This document shows positions 26,342 through 38,458 of a DNA stretch of 64,000 bases, piece after piece. The DNA is from Malacoraja senta (Eukaryota). Position numbers and translations under genes: made by a program. The notes under the pieces were generated by a model. That model saw only the letters and a list, made by a program, of their open reading frames with translations. It had not been told where the DNA came from and did no database searches. The stretch's first letter is position 1. Each line of letters starts with the position of its first letter. The stretch is from positions 14,200,001 through 14,264,000 of the forward strand of contig CM075991.1 of the NCBI GenBank assembly GCA_038087875.1, given 5' to 3'.

Positions 26342-26432
26342 ATGATCAGCTGCGTTGACCTGGTGTGCTGGGCTCTGCTTGGCCTTCTCTCCCTCTCCAC
26401 CGCACGACCTGCTCTAACCCTTCCAGAGCAAG
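26342..26432 (+). CDS. FGFR1: FGFR1 first coding exon (signal peptide), MISCVDLVCWALLGLLSLSTARPALTLPEQ; exon acceptor at 26234 or 26237
   Basis: 91-nt ATG-to-donor segment ending CAAG|GTAGGG (phase 1). Hydrophobic signal peptide ending TARP.TLPEQ closely resembles the human FGFR1 N-terminus ([30 protein letters not shown]). Upstream pyrimidine tract plus GCAGCAG acceptor. Not present in the ORF track; found by reading the sequence. Confidence 0.9.
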
Positions 26433-26497
26433 GTAGGGACACCTTCGCTCTTGCTGGGGGGACTTAATGGGAGAAGTGGCTAGGCCGCGATTGCACA

Positions 26498-27072
26498 GAA
26501 ACATCGGTGCAGGAGTAGACCATTCGGCCCTTCGAGCTAGCACCGCCATTCAATATCATCATGGCTGATCATCCAAAATCAGTACCCCGTTCCTGCTTTC
26601 TCCCCATAACCCTTGATTCCTTTAGCCCTAAGAGCTAGATCTAACTCTCTCTTGAAAACATCCAGTGAATTGGCCTCCACTGCCTCCTGTGGCAGGGAAT
26701 TCCACGGATTCACAACTCTCTGTGTGAAAAAGTTTTTCCTCATCTCAGTCCTAAATGACCGACCCCTTATTCTAAAACTGTGACCCCTGGATCTGGACTC
26801 CCCAACATCGGGAACGTCTTTCCTGCATCTAGCCTGTCCAATCCTTTTAAGAATTGTATATGTTTCTATAAGATTCCCTCTCATCCTAAATTCCAGTGAA
26901 TACAAGCCCAGTCGACCCATTCTTTCATCATACGTCAGTCCCGCCATCCCAGGTATTAACCCGGTGAACCTACGCTGCACACCCTCAATAGCAAGAATGT
27001 ACTTCCTCAAATTAGGAGACCAAAACTGCACACAATACTCCAGGTGCGGTCTCACCGGGGCCTTGTACAACT
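26498..27072 (-). mobile_element. CR1 LINE 3' fragment 65 nt downstream of the signal-peptide exon
   Basis: [14 protein letters not shown]...GYGEKAGTGY. Confidence 0.9.
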
Positions 27073-28378
27073 AGGAAGGAACTGCAGATGCTGGTTTAAA
27101 TCGAAGATAGACACAAAATGCTGGAGTAACTCAGCGGGACAGGCAGCATTGCTGGAGAGAAGGACTGGCTGATGTTTCGGGACGAGAATCTTCTTCAGAC
27201 TTTAGAGTATTGAGTTCAGTCCTGGGCACCGCGTTACAGGGCAGATGTTGCCACGCTGGAGCGGGCGCAGAGAGGGTGGCACGGTGGTGCAGCGGTGGAG
27301 TTGCTGCCTCACAGCGCCAGAGACCCGGGTTGCTTCATGACCACGGGTGCTTCCCTGTATGGAGTATGTATGCGGTCACGTGGGTTTTCTCCGGGTGCTC
27401 AGGTTTTCTCACACACTCCAGAGGTCTGTAGGTTAATTGGCTTCGGACAGCACCCGGTGTCAGGACCGGAACCGGGGTCTCTGGTGCTGTGAGGCGGCAA
27501 ATCTACCGCTGCGGCACCGTGCAGCCCGCAAATATTTCCCGCAGATATTATTCACTTGTCGGTCCTGATTTTGTGAAATTGAGGCTTTGGGGGGGGGCCC
27601 ACTGCAGAGACTGCGAAGCTTTTTAATGAATAAGATGGCATCTACAACATAAATAAGCAGGGTTTGTGTGTTGTGTGCAGCATGGCCAGTGTGAATTGTA
27701 GTCTGAAGAGTCGCCAGTCGCCGCTGCCTCTCAACCCCCCCTGGTCTGCGTATCTTGTGTAGTCTAGAGGTCGATGATTTGGCCCCTCTGGCCAACGCAC
27801 TCTCAGCCTGTGACGCGGGAGCAAACGCGTGGACAGCACTGCGGGCAGAACCACGTTGCAGCCCCTCCTTCATGTTCTGACCGCGTCCAAGATGGCATCA
27901 AACCCAGACGACTATTCTCCCGCGAGCCACAGAAGCAGATCTCCCATCACATATTACAATCGCCCCACACTCTGAAATATCTCCTTGGTGACCCCTCAGA
28001 CCATCCTTGATCCAACTTTGGGGGAAGGAATGCAGATGCTGGTTTAAACCGAAGATAGAAAGCTGGGGGTTAACTCAGGCAGTATCTCTGGAGAGAAGCA
28101 ATGGGTGTCGTTTCGGGCCTGAAGTAGGGTCTCGACCAGAAACATCATCCATTCCTTATCTCCAGAGATGCAGCCTGAAGTGACAGTTTTTACAACGTCT
28201 CAAGGTTTTAGTCCTCAATGGTCACTTTAAATGATGACCGTGGATTAGAAGGTAATCGATACGCACCCACGATACTTTCAATGCCGTCATAAGATGAATC
28301 TTCCAAAAACACTCTTGATTAATAGTTTATTGAAGTACAAACAGTAAAATAATTCATAAAAGCTTCTCCTTGTATTAA

Positions 28379-28657
28379 ACCCCTGACCCACTGTACGAGT
28401 TCATTCCAAGAGTTCTCCCGGGTTTGCCCTGATTCGAACTCGGAGATTTACGGTAATGGCCACTCGTCAGTACTCGGGGCTCTCGTGGACATTTTTCAAC
28501 ATGTCCACGAGTCTTCCCTAGTACCTGCCGTTAGCGCTAAGAGACGTCCCCGAGCTCCGACGTACCCGCTACGTTCATTCTCCGTGCTTACCACCAGTTT
28601 AATTTTTTTAAAACTCGGGAGAGCTCTTGGAATGAACTCGTACCGTGGGACAGGGCT
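28379..28657. mobile_element. PIF/Harbinger-type MITE
   Basis: Long imperfect TIRs CCCTGACCCACTGTACGAGTTCATTCCAAGAG / CTCTTGGAATGAACTCGTACCGTGGGACAGGG; homologous to 30557-30853. Confidence 0.75.
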
Positions 28658-28801
28658 AGTACATTTCAATCATACTCTTGGTCAAGCTCGTGCACAGTCG
28701 AGAACTATGTCTCCCCCCCTGATCTTCATCAAACTAAACTAAACTCCAGAATCCCAGCCGCAACCACACCCAGACTACGTATAAAGCCCACCCACATAAC
28801 A

Positions 28802-30367
28802 TAGCAATGGCACAACATTTTGAGATTTAAAAAATCAAGTCTGTAATTTATCCCATCAGATAAAGCATAAAAAGACGTTTAATTTGACACCTAATTCACT
28901 TTCATACCTTCAGTATTAAAAAAGTTATGGCCATTTTCATACTCGGAAATTAGCACCTTGTTCCCTGTTGCTTTTTCATTGACTTAACACAAAAGCTGTG
29001 ATTGAGGACAGTTAAAAGCCCATAACTTTCTTAAAAATTAAGAGACTGAAAGAAATTTTCAGTTATAGATTGAAGCATTCTGAAACAAATATGAAACAAT
29101 CTTACTCAGATGACATGAAATTAAAGCATATAATTAGTTAGTTACCTAATTGTAGCTAATTACAAAATTCAATTACTAGATCTAAACATCTATCAATTTC
29201 TTAAGAATAGATTTAAAGGCCTGTCTCACGAGTCTGCGGTCATTGGCGGTGATACAGGAAGTATCTACCGCTCGTGGACCACCAGAGACCGCGGGTTTGG
29301 TCAAACGACCACCGCCGGGGCCGTGCGGCGTTTGTCCCAACACCGCCCGGTGCTAAAAAAAAGTCAGCACTGTCCAAAAATAATTTCTTACCGCACAGCC
29401 GCACTCGTGCCAGTGAGGCACGAGTGCGGCACGGTCACCGCCACCAGTGAGGCACGAGCGCCGTGAGTCGAACTCTCACCGCCACCCGCCACCGCCAGTG
29501 AGGCAGGTGTGCGGCACGGCCGCCGCCACAGCCCGCGATCCGAAAGACGTCATCGCGTAGCGCATCGCGTTGCGCGATGACGTAATCACCCGACGCCGCA
29601 AGCTCGTGGAACCGGCCGTACGGAGATCACTCGGCCCCCGCGCAGCATCCGTGCGCGCTCTCGCGGTTGATGTGCGGTCCCCTCTTCTGGCGACGCCGCG
29701 CTTCACCGCCAATGACCGCAACACCGTGAGACAGAGCCTTAACATTTTTAAAAAGCCAAAGTGTCCAAATAACATTCACACAAGAATTCACAATATAACA
29801 TAATTTTTAAATCTCATTGTCATGGATTTATAGGCCAAATGGAAGGAATTTAATGTTTAATACCTGTAAATTAATGGGCATTTAAATCATCTTGCGAGTG
29901 GGTTTTTCTGGAACGCGATCATTTGGAACGTTGATTTGCGGTGAATTTAACCCCGTATCGGCATGAAAAATACTGCCGTTAGTTCGGTGAAAAGAATCAC
30001 TGTTTCGCATTTTAAAATGTGAATTAAAGGCCTCTTAAGAAGCACTTTTATACATAAAATAAACTGCTTTCGTTTACCTGTCCCGTGCGTGAAATTTGTC
30101 GGCGTTGACGGCTTTCGAAGCTGATTTTAAAATAACTCCAGCGCTGAACTTGTCGGGTGAATAAAAATGAAAAATACACAAAACGCCCGTCGGAACGATT
30201 CTTCAGCAAAAGTTTGCACTCCAACGAAATATAATTCAGGACAAGGTAGGAGAAACCCGCGTTTTAACCCCGCCCCCCCCCCCCCCCCCCCCAAAGGCGC
30301 CAAAATCGCGCACACGGCCAGTGGCAGAATTGCAACGCCGCTGAAGGTAAGTATTGTAACATACCTA
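28802..30367. mobile_element. Non-autonomous DNA transposon (hAT-like) with TAG...CTA ends and 7-bp TSD
   Basis: CATAACA duplicated at 28795-28801 and 30368-30374; imperfect 19-bp TIR (13/19 matches); AT-rich interior with no transposase ORF. Confidence 0.65.
29217..29739. mobile_element. GC/CpG-rich PIF/Harbinger-type MITE nested in the hAT-like element
   Basis: TIRs AGGCCTGTCTCACG / CGTGAGACAGAGCCT, subterminal inverted repeat TGCGGTCATTGGCGGTGA, TAA TSD on both sides. Confidence 0.8.
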
Positions 30368-30556
30368 CATAACAGCAGGTAGATAACAGTTTAAAGGTAA
30401 CTGGTTAAAATCAGAACATACTGATTTAAGCTAAATGGCTACTACACTGCCTGTCCTGCTGAGTTACTCCAGCTCGTTGTGTCCATCTTATTCCAACTTT
30501 GCTGACTTCACCTTGCACTAAACCTTATTCCCTTCTCATGTATCTGCATGCTGTAA

Positions 30557-30853
30557 AGGGCCTGTCCCACTGTACGAGGTAATTCAAGAGTTCTCCCGAG
30601 TTTCCCCTGATTCGAACTCTGAGAGAATTATGGTAATAGCCGCTCGTAGGTACTCGGGGCTCTCGTGGACATTTTTCAACATGTTGAAAAAACTTCCCGA
30701 GCTTACCGCGTTTCCCGAGTACCTGCCGTTAGCGTTACGAGCCGCTAAGGGACGTCCTGAGCTCCGACGTACATTCTACGTACTTACCACGAGTTTGATT
30801 TTTTTTTAACTGGGTAGAGCTCTTGAATTAGCTCGTATAGTGGAACAGGCCCT
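30557..30853. mobile_element. PIF/Harbinger-type MITE
   Basis: TIRs AGGGCCTGTCCCACTGTACGAG / CTCGTATAGTGGAACAGGCCCT with TAA TSD; interrupts a Rex1-type 3' tail. Confidence 0.85.
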
Positions 30854-31319
30854 TAATGGGTCGATTGTAATCCTGTATTGTCTTTCTGCTGACTGGATAG
30901 CAAGCAACAAAGGCTTTCACTGTACCTCGGGACACGTGACAATAAACTCAACTGAAACTGACGTGGCCCTACACTCTGTGAGATGCTGCCTGTCCCGCTG
31001 AGTTGCTCCAGCATTTTGTGCCTACCTTTGGCCCCTACACTCTGTGGGTTTAGTCGAGGGGTCACGAGGGGTTTGACCTGTCTGCATCCCTGGAACCCAG
31101 AGTTTGTGGTTCCCACCATTGTGACATGAGGAAGGTTCCCCACCCGAAACATCGCCTGTCCATTCCTTCCACAGATGCTCCTTAACCCGCTGAGTTCCTC
31201 CAGGACGTTGTGTTTTACAAGATTCTAGCACCTGCAGTTCTTTATGTCTCTTTTTGCAGCATGAAACTACGCTGACCAGTTCAGTGCCATGTTGAAGGTC
31301 CAGAAATCTTGTCAGTCAT

Positions 31320-32040
31320 ACAGTAGAAACAGGCCCTTCAGCCCACCATGCCCTTACTGACCAACTTGTCCCATCTACACTAGTCCCACATGTCTGTGTT
31401 TGACCCATAGACCTCTAAACCAATGTACCTGTCCAAATGTTTCTTAAATGTTACGATAGTCCCAGCCTCAACTACCTCCCAGTAGCTCGTTCCATACACC
31501 CACCACCCTTTGTGTGAAAAAGTTACCCCTCAGGTTCCGATTAAATCTTTCCCTCCCCTCACCTTGAACCTATGTCCTCTGTTTCTCCATTCACCTACTC
31601 TGGGCAAGACACTCTACCCAATCTTTTCCTCTCATGATTTTGTACACCTCTATGAGATCAACCCTCATTCTCCTGCGCTCCAGGGAGTCCTAACCTGCTC
31701 AACCTCTCCCATAGCTCACACCCTCAAGTCTGGCAACATCCTCGTAAATCTTCTCTGTACCCTTTTCCAGCTTGACATCTTTCCTATAACACGGTGCCCA
31801 GAATGGAACACAATATTCTAAATGCAGTCTCACCAACGTCTTATACAACTGCAACATGACCTCCCAACTTCTGTACTCAATACTCTGACTGATGAAGTCC
31901 AAAGTGCCAAAAGCCTTTTAGACCACCTCATCTACCTACGACTCGACCTTCAAGGAACCATGCACCTGTACTCCGAGATCCCTCTGCTCTACAACACTAC
32001 TATTTACTCTGGAGGTCCTGCCCTTGTTAGACGTCCTCAA
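31320..32040 (-). mobile_element. CR1/HER1-type LINE 3' fragment (tail shared with the V-SINE)
   Basis: SIEYRSWEVMLQLYKTLVRLHLEYCVPFWAP; minus-strand 3' end GGGCTGAAGGGCCTGTTTC as in the SINE. Confidence 0.85.
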
Positions 32041-35000
32041 CTATTTCAATTCAATGAATCATTCTAAAGGCAGTGTGAAGAAGGCAGCATCTCTGGAGAG
32101 CATGGTCTCACCAACGTCTTGTATAACTGCAACATGATCTCCCAACTTCTATGCTCAATACTCTGTCTCATGAAGGCCAGTGAGCCCCCTTTGACCGCCT
32201 TATCTACCTGTAGCACCACATTCAAGCAACTTTGTATCTGTACTCCTAGATCCCTCTGCTCTACAACACTCCTGAGCCCAGCGTTCACTGTGTGGTCGAC
32301 AGTGTGTGGTCGACAGTGTGTGGTTGACAGTATGTGATGATGCGTGTGTGATGATGCGTGTGCAGTTCTATGCAGTGTGTCAGTCTTGGCACTCTTGACT
32401 CTGAGTCACAATTGTAGTTTCGAGTCGCCCTTCTGAAATATGAAATATAAATAGATTGGGTAGACGCACCGAGTCTCTTGCCCAGAGTAGGTGAATCGAG
32501 GACCAGAGGACATGGGGGAAGGGAAAAGACTGAATAGGAATCTGAGGGGCAACAACAGCCAAAGGGCCTGTTTCCGTGCTGTATCACTCTATGACTACGA
32601 ATAGTGAAAGGGTTGGATAGAGTGGATGTGGAGAGGATGTTTCCATAGTGGGAGAGTCCAGGACTAAAGATTCAATAGGAATCTGAGGGGTAACTTGTTC
32701 ACACAAAGGGTAGTGGGTGTATGGAACAAGCTGCCAGAGGAGGTAGTTGTGGCTGGGACTATCCCAATGTTAAGAAACAGACAGGTACAAGGATAGGACG
32801 GGCTTGGAGGGATATGGACCAAACGTGGGCAGGTGGGACTAGTGTAGATGGGACATGTTGGGCAGCATGGGCAAGTTGGGCTGAAGGGCCTGCTTCCACT
32901 CTATGAATCCAAAAGTCCCGCCAGACTCTGAGGGAGAGCTGCATTGTGTGGGAGGGGCGCACTGGAGAGGTATTAGTCTTGAGGCAAGAGTGCGGTGAAA
33001 CGGGAATTCATTGCCATAGACGGCTGTGGAGGCCAAGTCATTAGGTATTTTTAAGGCAGAGATTGGCAGATACTTGATTGGTATGGATGTCAAGGGTTAT
33101 GGGGAGAAGGCAGGAGAATGGGGTTGAGAGGGAAAGATAGATCAGCCATGATTGAATGGCGGAGTAGACTTGATGGGCAGAATGGCCTAATTCTACCCCT
33201 CTGACTCATGAACATGGCCGTATCTATTTTGGCGGACACAAAAAGCTGGAGTAACTCAGCGGGACAGGCAGCATCTATGGAGAGATGGAATGGGTGACCT
33301 TTCAGGTCGAGACCCCCCTTCAAACTGAGGCAGGTCAGGTCAACTGGGTTAAGATAATGCAGCACAGTGGCGCAGCGATCGAGTTGCTTGGGTCCAGAGT
33401 CCCAGGTTCGATCCCAACTACGGGTGCAGTCTGTGTGTGTGGAGTTTGTACGTTCTCCCTGTGACCACGTGGGTTTCCTCCCTTTTGGCCCAACTAGCGA
33501 TCCCCGCATATACCGACACTATCCTACACACACTCAGGACAATTTACAATTTTACCAAAGCCAATTAACCTACAATCCTGTGCGTCTTTGGAGTGTGGGA
33601 GCAAACTGGAGCACCCGGGGAAAACCCACGTACAAACTGGGTACAGACGGCCCCTGTAGTCGGATGGAACCCGGGTCTCTGGTGCTGTGAGGCAGCGACT
33701 CTACCGCTGTGCCATCGTGCTACCAAACGCTCCCTTCCGGTTCGCCCCTTGCCCATCCAAGTGGAACGTGATGCCCTGTTGGATCCGACAAACCAACCCC
33801 TGGTGTCCACAGATCGCACCACCGACCCCGGCAAATGCAACTCCTCGGCTAAACCCCGGCAGGCCGGCAGTCTCGGTGCCAAATGAGGCGCGGCGCAGGC
33901 AGGCAGATTGTTTCCAGACGGCTGTGCAGGAAGGCTGCTCTCTCTGAGTGGTTGCAGATGGTGGGTGACGTAGAACAGGCCATCACTGATTCCACTGTGT
34001 GTCGCAGGCCCGGACACACTCGGGGAGGGTGCACGCTAGGCAGGAAATTCCACCCCCCCCCCCCCCACCCCACCACCAGATACTTCTCCACATCTGGAGT
34101 GCAGGCCCCCACTGGCTCTGAACAGCAGAGAGCACAGGATCACCGCCACTGCAAGGGCATGCAGCGAGACCCTATAACCACCACACTCCCTCCATCGCTC
34201 CATCCTGGCCCTCTTATTTCCCTCCCCCCTCCCCACGATTGCCCTCTCACTCACCCCCCCCACCCTCTTCCAACCCCCACCACTCTCTCTCCCCACCCCC
34301 AACCTCTCCCCACTCTCTTCACTCTCCCACCCCACCCAACCTCTCACTCTCCCCACTCCTGCCTCTCGCTCCCAGTAGCGCCCCCACCCGCCATCTTGCT
34401 CCACCCCACCCACTCCCCCCCCCCCCACCGCCCTCTCAATCTCCCTCTGCACCAACAACCCACTTACAACCACCCCCCTCCCCCGCCCTCTTCCTCCCCC
34501 ATCAACACTCCCTCCCCCCATCAACCCCCCCCCCCCCCCAGAACCAGGTGTGTTGAACAGCTAGAAGGCAGCGGTGGGTGTGTTCCACAGTGAATGGGCA
34601 AATGGGGAATGTATGGAGGTGGCAGCTGCAGGTTAACGTGGGGGATCTGTCACCTCACCTTGACCGGAAGGATGACATTTTCTTTTAACGTGGAGCGATT
34701 TTCCTGGTTCAACAAAATAGGGAAGGTAGCAGGCAAGTCCGAAACACGTGATGAGTTGTTCTGTACGCAGAAGACATTTTTGATGGGAAGGAATGGGTGA
34801 CGTTTCGGGTCAAGGCTCCTCTTCAGACTGAAAGTCGGGAGAGGGAGAGAAGGGTCGCGACCCAAAACGTCACCCATTCCTTCTCTCCAGAGATGCTGCC
34901 TGTCGCGCTGAGTTACTCCAGCATTTGGTGTCTATCTTTGGTGTAAACTAGTATCTGCAGTTCCTTCCCAGAAGTTTATGTTTGATTGAGTGATTGATTG

Positions 35001-35439
35001 AAAGATCCAGCAGGGAAACAGGCCCTTTCCCCACCGAGACCACGCTGACCATCGATCACCCATTCGCAGGCTAGTCCGATGTTAACCCACTGTCACATCC
35101 GCTCCCTTCACGCCAGGGGCACTTCACGGAGGGCCAGTTAACTTACTCACACACATCTTTGGGATGTGGGAGGACCCACGCCGTCACAGGGAGAACGTGC
35201 AAACTCCACAAAGACAGCACCGGAGGTCAGGATCGAGCCTGTGTCTCTGGCGCTGTGAGGCAGGAAGGATTATTGTTGCAAGTCCTCTGCGATTCCATGT
35301 CAATAGATTTAAGAACGGACGTGGAGACGGTATCTACTCTGCCCATGGGCCCTTGACAACAGTGGCATGGGGCAGAGAGATGCCCACTTTGCCCCCCCCC
35401 CCCCTAGAGATAGCAACATAGCTCACCAGGAGACATTTT

Positions 35440-35977
35440 GGACTCCAAATTTGAGGAAGGATATTCTTGCTATTGAGGAGTGCAGCGTAGGTTCACGAGG
35501 TTAATTCCCGGGATGGCGGGACTGTCATATGCTGAGAGAATGGAGCGGCTGGGCTTGCACACTCTGGAATTTAGAAGGATGAGAGGGGATCTCATTGAAA
35601 CATATAAGATTATTAAGGGTTTGGACACGCTGGAGGCAGGAAACATGTTCCCGATGTTGGGGGAGTCCACAACCAGGGGCCACACACAGTTTAAGAATAA
35701 GGGGTAAGCCATTTAGAACGGAGATGAGGAAACAACTTTTTCTCACAGAGATTTGTGAGTCTGTGGAATTCTCTGCCTCAGAGGGCGGTGGAGGCAGGTT
35801 CTCTGGATGCTTTCAAGAGAGAGCTTGATAGGGCTCTTAAAGATAGCAGTCAGGGATATTGGAGAAGGCAGGAACGGGGTACTGATTGGGGATGATTAGC
35901 CATGATCACATTGAATAGCGGTGCTGGCTCGAAGGGCCAAATTACCTACTCCTGCACCTATTGTCTGTTGTCTATTG
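35440..35977 (+). mobile_element. CR1 LINE 3' fragment
   Basis: [17 protein letters not shown]...; (ATTGTCT)n tail. Confidence 0.9.
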
Positions 35978-36359
35978 AGTGCTTGGGGAAGATGAGCAGA
36001 ATGAAATGTACGGAATTGACAGTGACTTGGTCGCATGGACTAACAAACTAACTTACTGATAGAAAACACAGGCTTATGTTGGAAGGACAATATTCAGGCT
36101 AGAGTCTGTGCTGGGACATCTGTTATTTGTGATCTGTATAAGTGAAGGTAGACACAAAATGCTGGAGTAACAGCAGGTGAGGCAGCATCTCTGGAGAGAA
36201 GGCATGGTCGAACATCGTCCATTCCTTCTCTCCATAGATGCTGCCTCACCCGCTGAGTTACCACAGCATTTTGTGTCTCTACTTTCAATTTTACCAGCAT
36301 CTGCAGTTCATTCTTACACATACGTATAAGTGATTTGGATATAAACCTGGACATGACTT

Positions 36360-36870
36360 CAGTGGTGCAGCGGTAGAGTTGCTGCCTCACGGTGCCAGAG
36401 ACCCGGGTTTGATCCTGACCACGGGTGCTGTCTGTACGGAGTTTGTACGTTCTCCCCGTGACTGCGTGGGTTTTCTCCGACATCTTCAGTTTCCTCCCAC
36501 ACGCCAAAGACTTTTAGGTTTATTGGTTATTTGGCTTGTGTAATTTGTACATTGTCCCTAGTGTATAGGATAGTGTTAGTGTACGGGAATCGATGGTCGG
36601 CACAGACTCGGTGGGCCGAAGGGCCTGTTTCCGCACTGTATCTGTAAACTAGTGCACGGGGTGATCGCTGGTCAGCACGGACCCGGTGGGCCGAAGGGCC
36701 TGTTTCCGTGCTGTATCTCTAAACTAGTGCACGGGGTGATCGCTGGTCAGCACGGACCCCGGTGGGCCGAAGGGCCTGTTTCCGTGCTGTATCTCTAAAC
36801 TAGTGCACGGGGTGATCGCTGGTCAGCACGGACCCGGAGGCCGAAGGGCCTGTTTCCGTGCTGTATATCT
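36360..36870 (+). mobile_element. V-SINE with its 75-bp 3' end tandemly reiterated
   Basis: Unit AAACTAGTGCACGGGGTGATCGCTGG...CTGTATCTCT restarts at 36646, 36721 and 36797. Confidence 0.9.
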
Positions 36871-37962
36871 GAAGTGTAAAGCATGTGGGGAAGATTGGGA
36901 GAGGGGAGAGAGTGAGGTTACTGTTTTAAGACAGGTTGCTTCATCCATCTGCCGGTGTTGTGTTGTGTGTCCTGGTGTTAAACAGCCGTGTTTTGTTCTG
37001 AGCGTTCCTCGGGCAGCGAGTGAGACTGGGAGCCATGTGCATCTGTGTTGGGGCCTCGATGCATTAAGCAGCCCCAGGGGATGGAAGGTGGAGACGATGG
37101 GTTGCTGTTGCCTTACGGCCTCTCTCCGCCCCCCCTAAACCCCCACTGGGAGAGAGGTCAACGTTGACAGCTGGGGCAATGTTTTGACAAAGCGATTCCC
37201 ACAGAGTGCGGAGGGAATGAGGTTTGAACAGCCCTCGACACAGGAAGGTTTGTGTCCAGTTTCACTCCCAGCGTGTTGTCCTGACTTCCAGAAATGATCC
37301 AGGGCCACTATACCCAGCTACAGAAGCAGCCACACCGCAACTCTTGGAGCAGTTTCCTCTCTTCGGACAGTTGTGACACACTCTGACGTGAATATTAAGA
37401 ATTATAGCACAGGGCGGTAGAGTTGCGGCCTCACAGCGCCAGAGACCCGGTTCGATCCTGACTACGGGTGCTGTCTGCACGGAGTTTGTACGTTCTCCCC
37501 GTGACCTGCGTGGGTTTTCTCCGAGATCTTCAATTCCCTCCCACACTCCATATACGTGCAGGTTTGTACGTTCATTGGCTTGGTAAAATTATAAATTGTC
37601 CCTAGTGTAGGATAGTGTTAATGTGTGGGGATCGCTGGTCGGTGCGGACTCAGTGGGCCGAAGGGCCTGTTTCCACGCTGTATCTCTAAACTAAACTAAA
37701 CTTAAATACCACTATTCCACAAAATGCCTCAGCAATTAACCCTGGCAGCGTGTTCCTGGCACTCACTATGTAAAAAGCTGCCCCCGCACATCTCCTTCAA
37801 ACGTTGCCCCTCTCTCACCTTCAACCTATGCCCTCTAGTATTTGATTTTTACACCCAGTTCTGACTGTCTATCCTTATCTATGCCTCATAAACAATTGTT
37901 AGAGGGGATGGTTTGTACCTTAAGAAACATCAAAACCATTGCCTCCATCAACAACATTGCCT

Positions 37963-38176
37963 CCATCTACACACAGGCCCATCTACACACAGGCCCATCT
38001 ACACACAGGCCCATGTACACACAGGCCCATGTACACACAGGCCATCTACACACAGGCCCATGTACACACAGCCATGTACACACAGGCCCATGTACACACA
38101 GGCCCATCTACACACAGGCCCATGTACACACAGGCCCATCTACACACAGACCCATCTACACACAGGCCCATCTACA
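37963..38176. repeat. 16-bp minisatellite (CCCAT[C/G]TACACACAGG)n, about 13 copies
   Basis: Seen directly. Confidence 0.92.
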
Positions 38177-38251
38177 CTCCATCTCCATCCATAATCATGG
38201 ACCACTCGCGTCCCCACCTTGCCCAAAGAAAGACACAAAGTGCTGGAGTTC

Positions 38252-38458
38252 AGGGCCTGTCCCACTTTCACGACTTAATTCACCACCTTTTTTATTTGTG
38301 GACATTTTTCAAAAACGCCGCAACCTACTTGATGCCTACGACTAGCATCACGGCCTGCTACGACCTACCTACGACCTCGTGACGACCATGCTGCGAGTAT
38401 GAGTCAAGGCAAACTTGGCAGAGGTCGTGAATTAGGTCGTGAAAGTGGGACATGCCCT
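38252..38458. mobile_element. PIF/Harbinger-type MITE inserted in a Penelope tail
   Basis: TIRs AGGGCCTGTCCCACTTTCACGAC / GTCGTGAAAGTGGGACATGCCCT. Confidence 0.8.

Larger units (their letters stand above)
28176..30446. mobile_element. Probable solo LTR (about 0.4 kb net) hosting nested DNA transposons
   Basis: Starts TGAAGT and ends ACTACA (TG...CA), flanked by a 5-bp near-duplication CAGCC/CTGCC that splits a Penelope tail. AATAAA on the minus strand near 28326. Confidence 0.55.

Noticed and set aside
33883..34593. Pro-rich 236-aa ORF (similarly 59243-59581 and 63269-63667)
   Set aside because: Derived from C-rich or G-rich low-complexity tracts, with no splice or homology support.
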